Part shown: positions 28,490 to 39,825 of the stretch, in pieces
Position numbering within the stretch: position 1 is the first letter of the stretch
How the letters are laid out: every line of letters begins with the position of its first letter
Assembly (NCBI GenBank): GCA_951406725.2
Contig: OX597818.1
Coordinates: forward strand, 80,848,001 to 80,912,000
Direction: 5' to 3'
DNA: 64,000 bases
Source of the DNA: Octopus vulgaris
Taxonomy: Eukaryota
Translations under genes and position numbers: made by a program
The notes under the pieces: generated by a model
What the model was told of the DNA's origin: nothing
Seen by the model: only the letters and a program-made list of their open reading frames with translations
The model's database searches: none

Positions 28490-28733
28490 TACTAGGCCAA
28501 GATGACTAGGGATGGAGATGGATGACAAGTAAGATATCTTACTTGGCTTATCTTGTTTTCTGTATGGCACCTTCCATTCTGTTGAGCCATGAAGATTACT
28601 TAAGCAGAGTTTACTAGGCCAGGATGACTGGGGATGGAGATGGATGACAAAGTAAGATGTCTTACTTGTCTTATCTTGTTCTCTAAACTTCCACTCTGTT
28701 GAGCCATGAAGATTATTTCAACAGAGTTTACTA
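28490..28733. repeat. Tandem duplication of a ~122-bp unit
   Basis: TACTAGGCCA(A/G)GATGACT...CAGAGTTT occurs twice with a few mismatches. Confidence 0.85.
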
Positions 28734-29347
28734 GATCCAATCTTCACATGCATAGGTAGGCAAGCCCTAACATGTTAAATAACCCATAGCTTGAACCCTG
28801 AGAGAGGCTATTACAATAGGTCAGAATGGACCTGGGAACAATCATGTCTAAGAGGTGCTTCCACACTCCTCAAAAGCCCTAGAATTCCTGAACAAGGGTT
28901 CCAATGTTGGATGCAGTTTAAAGTTATACCCAGGACACATTAACAATAAGACTGACCTGAACACCACTACCTCTCCTATATACAATTCAATTTATACCTC
29001 ACTATTAATGGAGGGGAATCTGATTGGTTGTTTTGGGGTTTTTCTTCTTGTTGGTTTTGTTAATTATTGTTTTGGTTTCTGTCATTGTTCTGATTAGTAA
29101 TATGGAAACTGGTTAATCTCAAAACAACCAGCTCAAGGAAGGAAAACAAAGGAAAAAGTATGAGATAAAAATAGAGTAGGGGTGAATAGACAGACAGGTT
29201 CTCTCTCTCTCTCTCTCTCTCTCACATACACACACACACACACAGATAAAAAGACAGATAGAAAGCCAGATTGACAGACAGATAGGTAGATAGATAGACA
29301 GATAGACAGGTACATAGATATAAAAATAGATAGATAGATAGATAAAT

Positions 29348-29378
<31 letters not shown>

Positions 29379-29735
29379 AAGAGACACACACACACACAGA
29401 GGCAGATAGATAGACAGACAGACAGATAGAACACAAAGACGTACGCACAGACAGATACACACACAGATGTACACACATAAATATGCAAATAGACAGATAG
29501 GATACGATACATAGTTACCTTAATGGATGAATGAGTTAGATATTGATAATAGAAGGTAGGTTACCAACCACATGCATATATGTCGCTCTTTTCATATATA
29601 TATATAAACAATTGTGCGGACACACACATACACACATACGAAGGCAACATATAGTCTTACACAGATACTTAAGCACATATACAGTTGCACATATAGATTG
29701 ACAAAAAGAGATAGAGAAACAAAAGGGCAACAGAG

Positions 29736-29779
<44 letters not shown>

Positions 29780-30276
29780 AGCAGGAGATTTATAAACTTA
29801 CATAATAAAAGACAGAATAAACAAACAAAAAAAGGCTGTTTAACGATATACACACAATTACTCTTCGAATTCCCTTTAGCCAAATTGGCAAAGGGTGTCG
29901 ATCTTCACTGCCCCTGTCCTCTACCGTTCTCTGCATCTCCTGCACGCTGCAATAAGTTTGGCATCATTCCTGGATAAAAAGCATCAATGTAAAGTGGGTG
30001 GTTTCCAGTGATTTAGTTCCGACTGAAAGAAGCTGGCCAATCTATTTCTTTGAGTTTGTGTGGAGTGTTGGGGGTTTGGGTTAGGGTTATGGGTTATGGG
30101 TTCAGCTATGGGTGGAGTATGGGTTGGATTTAGGGTTTGGGTGACAAGGAAGCGGTTTCATGAAAATAGCAGGAGATCAGTAAAAGTGATATATACACAT
30201 ACACAAATGTATACATATACACACACATATATACATGTATGATATCAATACATACATATATAGGGAGAGATAGGTA

Positions 30277-30337
<61 letters not shown>

Positions 30338-30589
30338 ATGTGTGTATATATATATATATATATTATATATATATATATATATATACATATATACACACAC
30401 ACATACATACATTCACCTATATAGACATACATACAAATATACACCTATATAGATATACATACATATACACAACTATATAGATATACATACACAACTATAT
30501 AGATATACATACATGCATACATCTATATATATACACACATCCATACATACATATATGTATGTATATATGTATTTTTGTATATATATTTC

Positions 30590-30661
<72 letters not shown>

Positions 30662-31091
30662 TGCACCCATACATAGGTACATATACATATGTGATAGTGC
30701 AGGAGTGGCTGTGTGGTAAGTAGTTTCATTACCAACCATATGGTTCAGGGTTCAGTCCCACTGTGTGGCACCTTAGGCAAGTGTCTTCTACTATAGCCTC
30801 GGGCCGAATAAACCATGTGAATGGATTTGGTAGATGGAAACTGAAAGAAGCCCATCATATATGTATGTATGTGTGTGTATGTGAGCGTATATGTTTGTGT
30901 GTCTGTGTTTGTACATCCAACATCACTTGACAACCAATGGCGGTGTGTTCATGTCCCTGTAACTTAGCGGTTTGGTAAAAGAGACTGATAGAATAAGTAC
31001 TAGGCTTAGAAAGAATAAGTCCTGGGTTGATTTGCTTGACTAAAAGTGGTGCTCCAGCATGGCTGCAGTCAAATGACTGAAACAAATAAAA

Positions 31092-31141
<50 letters not shown>

Positions 31142-31387
31142 TCATCATCATCATCATCGTTTAACGTCCGCTTTCCATGCTAGCATGGGTTGGACGGTTC
31201 AACTGGGGTCTGGCAAGCCCGAAGGCTGCACCAGGCCAGTCAGATCTGGCAGTGTTTCTACAGCTGGATGCCCTTCCTAACGCCAACCACTCCGAGAGTG
31301 TAGTGGGTGATTTTATGTGCCACCGACACAGGTGCCAGACGAGGCTGGTGTTTTTTATGTGCCACCGACACAGGTGCCAGACGAGGC

Positions 31388-31438
<51 letters not shown>

Positions 31439-31689
31439 CAGAGAGAATTAATAATATCAGGGTAATAAATATTTTTGAAATTTTTACTACCAGTGACCTA
31501 GCCTGTAGAAAAATGAGTCAATAGGCTATATATTATTCATATAAATACAGTGTACATTTAAACACATAAGAGGTATCTGTCATAGGATTCCTGGCACGCT
31601 AGAAGGAACAGCCAAAGTCCAAACCTCTATTAGGGATAAAACTTCGAAGGGAATGAAATATAAAAGCATTTACCATATATATATATATA

Positions 31690-31936
31690 TATTATATAAA
31701 AGGGCTTAGTAAAATAAATTACTTCGCCGCATACTGAACTCATTAGAAATAGCAGCTAAAAAACTTTTTTAAAGCTATTTCTAATACTTAAAGAAAATCT
31801 CTCTCATATATATATATATATGAGAGAGATTTTCTTTAAGTATTAGAAATAGCTTTAAAAAAGTTTTTTAGCTGCTATTTCTAATGAGTTCAGTATGCGG
31901 CGAAGTAATTTATTTTACTAAGCCCTTTTATATAAT
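31690..31936. repeat. Near-perfect inverted repeat (~120-bp arms) around a (TA)n spacer
   Basis: AAAAGGGCTTAGTAAAAT...TCTCTCTC (AT)n GAGAGAGA...ATTTTACTAAGCCCTTTT. Confidence 0.9.
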
Positions 31937-32029
31937 GTAATAATTTGAATTCGCCTTAAATGGTCCCTTTGCATACTGAACACTTGGTGAAATTGATTAA
32001 TAATTAATTAATTTTACCCTCAATTGTTG

Positions 32030-32087
<58 letters not shown>

Positions 32088-32268
32088 GGAAGACTTACAA
32101 GTAGGGAAAGAGCCAAAAACAGTAGGTGTTCTCTCTTTATGAGTTTTTCATATTTTTGTACAACATACAAACTGTGACTCAAGAATTTCAGTGAGAACAC
32201 TGCATTAACTTCCTCTTCATCATCTCATCACCACAACATATGTCTATCAATCTACCTGTCTATGTGTG

Positions 32269-32312
<44 letters not shown>

Positions 32313-32866
32313 CATGTGTGTATGTATGTATGAATGTATATATCATCATCATCATCATTTAGTGTCCGTTTTCCATGCTAGCATGGGTTGGACGGTTCAA
32401 CTGGGGTCTGTGAAGCTGGAAGGCTTCATCAGGCCCAGTCAGATCTGGCAGTGTTTCTACGGCTGGATGCCCTTCCTAACGCCAACATATATATATATAT
32501 ATAGTGTTTGCCACCTTACCTCGTCTGGCTTAACAACCCTCCCTGTTTGTTTTCATTTCATTTGGTTTGTTGTATGTCCTGTTTTTGTTACCAGCTTTGA
32601 CCCTCCGCAAATCCCAAATTTTATTTTGATTTGCGGGAGCAACTGTTTCTTGAAGACACATATTGTTGTGAATTGCTCGAAATATGGAGTAGATAAACAG
32701 CCGAAAACTGATGAAGGGTTGTTCTTTATGTTACTTGTTTCTATTTGTATTTCATGTCTTCATATTTCATTATCCATGCTGTTCACATTTTGTGATGTCC
32801 TGTACCCATATATGCATGACGCCATGATAGATCGTTAGCTCCTACACGCATTTTTTTTTCTGTGTA

Positions 32867-32904
32867 TCTTTCTGTCGAAGAGCGTAGGCTCGAAACGTAA
32901 AAGA
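32867..32904 (+). ncRNA. Minimal type I hammerhead-like motif (A6U core variant)
   Basis: TCTTT CTGTCGA A GAGC-GTAG-GCTC GAA ACGT A AAAGA: 5-bp stem I, palindromic stem III. Same element family as the 35593 motif. Confidence 0.6.
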
Positions 32905-32998
32905 CTTTTTCTATTTCTATTCCTAAGCGCTCTACTAATACATTTGTTTGTTTGTACTCCACCTGCCTTCGTCTTTTGTTTATTTTCGTAAACTTTCC

Positions 32999-33044
<46 letters not shown>

Positions 33045-35592
33045 TATATGTAAATATGCACATATATGTATGTATATATGCATATGTGAGTATATATATA
33101 TATATGTATTTTATTTATATTACTATATGATTGAACGTCATGCATCCATTTCCAAGTATTTATATGAGTAGGTGGACAAACGAAAGAAAGGGCACTCAAC
33201 ACATTTACTGCAAGTTACAAGTATTATTCAAAATTGTTTAATTCAGATTCTGTGCTACTTCAAGTTTCAAAGGCCCTAACGGACCCTTTCTTGTCATGCT
33301 GGTAATAATCCAAATGACTGTTAATAATCTGGATGGCAAAAGTCTGGCTGGTAATAATCAAGTCATTCAGATTATTACCAGCATGACAAGAAAGGCTCTA
33401 TTAGGGCCTTTGAAACCTGAAGTAGCATGGAATCCAAATAAAACTGTTTTGAATAATATACACACATGCACACACACACATATATATATATGTATGTATA
33501 TAAGACAACAAAAAGAAAGTATGACATGCCTGATCTTTCTTTCTTGGTTCGCCCGTCATCCGTGCAACATTCCTCCCTGTGCCTGTGAAATCTTGTACCC
33601 CTGCTATAAGGCTTTATTTCCACACACGCCAGCTTAATTTAATTCGTCCTTAGTTGAAAGACATCTGTTGTTATGTCCTGTTATTTGTATTTGTGTAACA
33701 TTCTCTGTATTTTTTCCGTCTTTGTTTTCATATACATTCGCTGCTTTCTTCCCAAGGAATCTAATGCTCTTAGCTTATTTTTTCCTTGGGGCTGGCCAGA
33801 TTGGAGCAATCTCGAGTATAACCAGCCAAAATTGCAAAGATAATCTGGAACTCAACTGAGGAAAGAAAACTCCAAATGACCCGTGCTTGTTCTCTTTGTA
33901 TTGTCTGTCTGGATGTTTTGCGTTCCTGTTCCATTTTGTATTTTACTCACACACCCAGACACACATATATATACATCCATAATTTTTACAAAAACGTGTA
34001 GTAAATAAACATACGAACATATACTAAATACACAGATGAACAGAAGGTCACTATCTCCACTTCAGTTATCAGCCAGAGGGTCGAGTGCAATTTCAGCCAT
34101 TATTGACAATATTACTTTCACTCTGGAGGCACTGGCATGACCTTCTATGTTTTCCATTCGTCTGTGTATTCAGTATATGCTCGTATGTTTATTTACTACA
34201 CATTTTTTGAATTATACACACACACAGAGTTATGTCATACTTTCCTTTTGTTGTCTTTTAATTTAATTCTGAAAATATTATGTAACACACGCACTCATTG
34301 CGCGATCCAGAGAGGATTGGACAGCGTGCTGTGACCAGCGGTGTCAAATGGACGCCTGACGGACTGGTCGGTCAAGGTGATATATATATATATATAGTGT
34401 TGTGTCTTGAATATATAAGAATTTATCATGTTGTGTCTTGGGAGGAGGGTCATTACACAAAGTAATAATAGCAAACACACTGGTTCAATATCACTTGTAT
34501 ATTTTTAGATAATTGGTTAAATATCTAACTAACTAACTAATCAATCATTTGTTTAATGTGCTGGTTAAACAACCAACCAACCAAATAAACAATCAATTGT
34601 TTAACCAGAACATTAAACAAATTATCAATTAGTTAGTCAATTAGATATTTAACCAAGTGACTAACAATAAAGAAGTTATACTGAGCCAGAGTGTGTGTTT
34701 ATTATTATTGGCATAATGACTCAACCAAGACACAAGACTTGTTTCAACACATGAATTCACACACACACACACATATATTCAAATATGAATTAGAAGCACA
34801 GCATTAGTGTTCACCATTCAGCTGTGATTTGATGCAATGGAGATGACTCTCAAAACACTGGGTGTTAAAACACCTGAAAGTCATAGACAAGTGAGACAAC
34901 TCACCCCAAGTCCCCATTCAAGAGCGATGGGCATTGATGTTTCGCCACTTTTTGTCGCTTATCAAAATCCTGTACCCTTAACTGAAGGCAAATTGAATAG
35001 TCTGTCCATGGCTATATGTAGGATGGTATAAACAAATGGTGTAAAAATGATCTGTTGATATACCTGAATGGTGCACATGCAGGAATGACATTGATGTCTA
35101 TTGCTCCTTAATGAAACTTGGGGTGACTTTTCTTACCTATCTATGACTAAGACTTTCAGGTGTATTAACACCTGGTTCTTCGAGACAGAGAGTCATCTCC
35201 ACCACATCAAATCACAACCTCATGGCATACAAGCAAAGCACATACATTGTGTATGAGTATTTGATTATATACGTGTGTGTATTCTTTTATTCATTTACTT
35301 GTTTCAGTCATTGGACTGTGGGCATGCTCGAGCACTGCCTTGAAGGGTTTTAGTTGAACAAATTGACCCCAGGACTTATCTTTTTTATGCCTAGTACTTA
35401 TTCTACAGGTTTCTTTTGCCAAACTGCTAAGTTATGGGATCATAAACACACCAACACCAGTTGTCAAGCAGTGATAGGGGAAAACACACACACATATATA
35501 CATATATATGATTCAATATGTGACCGTGTGTGTATCGTTGGCGATTTTTTTCTCCTCCATCTTCCCTTCCTTGGATCTTTCCTTTTCCTATG

Positions 35593-35625
35593 TTTCTGAC
35601 GAAGAGCTCTGCTCGAAACGTTAAA
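35593..35625 (+). ncRNA. Minimal type I hammerhead motif in a ~190-bp microsatellite-embedded element
   Basis: TTT CTGACGA A GAGC-TCT-GCTC GAA ACGT T AAA: intact core, extra A after A9, palindromic ACGT stem III. Confidence 0.7.
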
Positions 35626-35724
35626 TCCTCCTTCTTTCTTTCCTTTCCTGAGCGTCCAATAACACTATACTTGTTCCACATCCTCGCGTTGTTGTGTTTT
35701 CTCTTTGTGTTTTCATGTTTGGAT

Positions 35725-35780
<56 letters not shown>

Positions 35781-35790
35781 TAGACAGATA

Positions 35791-37421
35791 ATTTCTTTAT
35801 TGACCACACAGGGCTAAACACAGAGGGGACAATTACAATGTAGAGTTTTTCTTTTTGAGGGGGGTGAAAAAAAAAAAGGAACAATCAAAATCGTTGAAAA
35901 AAAATGTTGAAATAGTACAAAAAGTTCCCAAGAAATGGGGAGGTTTATCTGTGGAAAGAAAAACCCACAAAAATACCACAGTAACCTCGGGCAATTAGGT
36001 CAAATATTAACATTTATTTACAAATAAGTAACTCTCTGTATTAAATATCTTTATGGTTCATAGGATCATGCTCAAGGTGGCTTCGTCATTCATTCATGCC
36101 ATCCTTGCTACATTTACCCATCTTTTTTTGAAACAGTCGCTAGACAAAACTTCCCTCTCTACTCTCACCTTCCTTTTCAAGTGATACTTGAAAAAGTTCA
36201 TGAGAGATTGACCAGAGAGGAAAGTGTTTGTCTCTAATCCTTTCAGACATGTCTACCAGATACATTCTTTCACCATAGCTACAAGTATTATGAAAATAGC
36301 TCTTCCTTCCCGTTTCAGGGAAGGAGGCGTGACGATATTGACGGTAGACTCGGCTGATAAACCGACTCATCCCACACGTGACAGCAGTTGTTTGACATAA
36401 GCCCACAGGTCAGAAATGGTTGGACACTGCACGAGTGCGTGCAGAACGGTTTCGTCGCTCTGACCACATCTCGGGAGGTCGACCCCGTGTTTCTCGAACC
36501 ATGTCTTTAGAGCTTATCCTGAACGGGTAGCGCTTCTTGATAGCACAGCCAGGCAAGGGATCTCTGGAAATTGTCCATAGGTCCCAGCCCAAAAGTTGTC
36601 TTGAATAGGCGGGTCAGGTATTCCTCATTGACACCCAGGTTCGCCCCGAGATCACCGTCGTACCTCCCCTCCACTAATCCCTTATAAAATGCTTTTGTGG
36701 TGATGCAGTCGCTCAAGTTCGACCCAGGACGGCAAAGTTGCTGCAGAGCAACACGGCACTCATGGTGCCATTCGACCTTCCTAGGACTCTTTTTGATCCA
36801 TGATTGTAGATTGGTCATGGACACGAGTTGCGGGAAAGCATGCTGCACAAACGACGACCACACCTGCTCACCATCGTCTACGTAGAGCCGAAGATGTCGC
36901 AGTCTCAGCGTGTGTCTGTGCATCATCAACCACAGCATGCCCATTGACAGCAAACGGATCACCTGACCATCGGAACGTTTCCTTTCCACAAGAAGCGGAA
37001 GAGGATGCGTTCAAGTTTGGTGAAGGTGGGGTCGGAACAAGCCACGACGGTCAGGTGGTAGTTGATGTCGGATGTGATGTACGCATTCGCCACCTCCGCC
37101 CGACCTTTTAGGGACAATTTCCTCTCGGCCCAATGCCTGCAGAGAGTGGCCACCCTACTCGTTATCTCGTCCCAGTTCTTCTCTGTTTGCAGGTCTGGAC
37201 CGAACCAGATTCTGAGCAATTTGACTGGCCCATCTGTCCAGCGTCCCACTACTGAGGTGCTGGTGGATGGCATGAGCTTGCTTCTCCAGGTGCCCAGCTG
37301 CAAGCCCACCGACTTTTCTCAGTTGATTTTTGCTCCTGTCACCGCTTCGTAGTCTTGCAGTATCTTGCCGACTAGCTCGATGTGTTTGTGGTTAGACACT
37401 ATGACGGTGACGTCATCCGCG
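35791..37421 (-). mobile_element. 5'-truncated L1/Tx1-like LINE (RT C-terminal half, zf-RVT-like region, 3' UTR), frameshifted
   Basis: Begins at (F)ADDVTVIV; ...WAERKLSLKGRAEVAN...FRFLWKG...; AATAAA at the 3' end next to a microsatellite. Confidence 0.85.
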
Positions 37422-37627
37422 AAGAAAAATATACAATTTAATTAGGGTTGAAACTGACCCTAGGGGCAAATTCCTCCCATGGAAAAGCACTCAAATGAAA
37501 GTTAGGTGCTTTACACACCTTATTTACAAAAATGTACACTAAAACGAGGGCTATAAATGGTCAAAATAAATGATTACCTTCGGAGCCAATGTGACAACAC
37601 GTCAGTCGATAGATAGATAGATAGATA

Positions 37628-38270
37628 GGGCCTCTCACTCAGAGTGAAAGGTATACTGTATGATGTGTGAACAGCCATGCTACATGGCAGTGAAACATGG
37701 GCTGTGACTGCTGAGGACATGCATAGGCTTGAAAGAAATGAAGCTAGTATGATCTGCTGGATATGTAATGTTAGTGTACATACATGACAGAATGTAAGTG
37801 CCCTGAGAGGAAAGTTGGACATGAGAAGCATCAGATGTGGTGTGCAAGAGAGATGACTATGCTGGTATGGTCATGTGTTGTGTATGGATGAAGATAGCTG
37901 TGTGAAGAAGAAGTGTCACACCCTAACAGTGGAGGGAACCTAAGGAAAAGGTTGACCCAGGAAGACATGGGATGTGGTGGTGAAGCCCGACCTTGAAATG
38001 TTGGACCTCATACAGGCAATAATAAGCAACTAAGACCTTTGGAGATATGCTCTGTTTGAGAAGACCAGGCAAGCCAGGTGAGATCATAGCTGTGGTTGAT
38101 GCCAGTGCCACCTGACTGGCACCCATGACAGTGGCATGTAAAAAGCACCATTTGAGCATGGCTGATGCCAATGCCACCTGACGTGCCAGTGACATATGTA
38201 AAGCACCCACTACACTCTCGGAGTGGTTGGTGTTAGGAAAGGCATTCAGCTGTAGAAACCTTGCCAAATA
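37628..38270 (+). mobile_element. RTE-like LINE 3' fragment with 3' UTR
   Basis: GLSLRVKG...AMLHGSETWAV...WYGHVLCMDEDSCVKK with stops; its tail resembles the repeat copies at 15870-16290. Confidence 0.7.
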
Positions 38271-39077
38271 GACGTCCAAAAGTCAATACTGATCACGTTG
38301 CCAAACCCTGATATAATCAGAAATCCAGTAAATGCATACATAATTGTTTAATATAGACACCAATAGAAGACAAAAGAAAATAAAGTTAAACACAAAAAAC
38401 TTAACCAATTTACAGAAAAAGTCGCAATGAGACACTCCCTAAAACGTTACATCCATATTTAAAGCAGTTTGTCTTCGTCATTGTTTAAAATTCATCAATG
38501 TCTAATCTCAACTGTCTCACAGCAATAAGGAACTTGAAACAAATGTTGTTTAGCTCCAGCTCAAGCAGACCCGTGATTAATTCATTTACTACAGATAGCA
38601 AATATGTCCACTCAAAATTTTGTTTTTCCAATTTATCTTTTGCTTAAGAAGGTCATCTTTGAAATTATTTTCTGTTGAGATATGCTAAGTTTATTGAGGC
38701 AATGTGATTTGCAGGAAAGTTCTATTTTCTGGTAGATATTTAACATTGCTACTAGAATAACTACGAAAGTTAATTTTGCAGTCGAAGGGTTAAAAGTGTT
38801 CCAGTCTTCTACTCAGATACGGAGTACGTAAAATTATGTTATGTTATTTCGTTTTTTTTTTTTTAGACAATATCGTATTATTTGGTTGTTATTCATAGTT
38901 GTTCGAAGGATTAAATTGCCTCTAACAGGAAAGTTAATTTTGAAGGGAGGTAACTATTGTGAATTATCTCGCTTGCTATAAATAAGGGTTAGTTAAATTC
39001 GAGAGTACCCTCCCCTGCTATTCCGAACCTAGCGTGTCATATTTGTCAAATTTACAACGCGGTTTACGAACTCTTCA

Positions 39078-39583
39078 GGGTGCGAGTAAACACATTAAAG
39101 ACCAAGACACTGATCCAGCCTGCACCCGGCCAGAACAGTCCACCCACAAACATTAGCATCAATGGCCAACCCCTAGAAGTTGAACACTTCACATACCTTG
39201 GAAGTATCCTTTCGAAGACCTCCACCTGTGAAAAAGATGTGGAGAACAGGATTGGAGTGGCCCACTCCGCCAACGTGTATTCTTCAATCACGCGCTGACC
39301 ATCCGGGCAAAGATCATGGTCTTCCGTGCCATTGTCCTGTCAACTCTACTCTTGTGAGACTTGGGCGTTCTACCGCCGTGACTTCATGCGCCTTGTATGC
39401 TTACAGCAATCGAAGTTACGACAGACCCTCAACATACAATGGGAAGATCACGTTCCCAACAACGAGGTTCTTCGCCGTGCCTCACTATCAAGTGTCGAAT
39501 CCACCATTCTTCGCCATCGTCTCCCCTGGGCAGGTCACGACCAGTGTATGGAGCCCTCTCGTCTCCCAAGGATCATGCTCTAC
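39078..39583 (+). mobile_element. RTE LINE fragment
   Basis: INGQPLEVEHFTYLGS...YSCETW...RHRLPWAGH, frameshifted. Confidence 0.85.
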
Positions 39584-39825
39584 GACCCTAGTACTTATTC
39601 TTTGTAAGCCTAGTACTTCTTCTATCAGTCTATTTTGCCGAACCGCTAAGTTACGGGGACGCAAACACACCAGCATCGGTTGTCAAGCGATGTTGGGGGG
39701 ACAAACACAAAATAATCATATACATATACACACACATACATATATACGACGGGCTTCTTTTCAGTTTCCGTCTACCAAATTCACTCACAAGGCTTTGGTC
39801 GGCCCGAAGCTATAGTAGAAGACAC

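Noticed and set aside
30070-30142. Interstitial telomere
   Set aside because: Only about two exact TTAGGG units; too degenerate to call.
29119-31419. Many YI/HT/CV-rich ORFs here and across the window
   Set aside because: Translations of (TA)n, (CA)n and (CATA)n microsatellites and SINEs.
33856-33885. CTGAGGA AAGAAAACTCC AAA as a hammerhead
   Set aside because: GAAA and stems I/III are not supported in this copy; at best a decayed remnant. The same applies to CTGATGAAG at ~32708 and the - strand motif at ~5447-5482.
34300-34378. GC-rich hairpin with CTGACGGA as a possible hammerhead
   Set aside because: No GAAA core segment after the candidate stem II.
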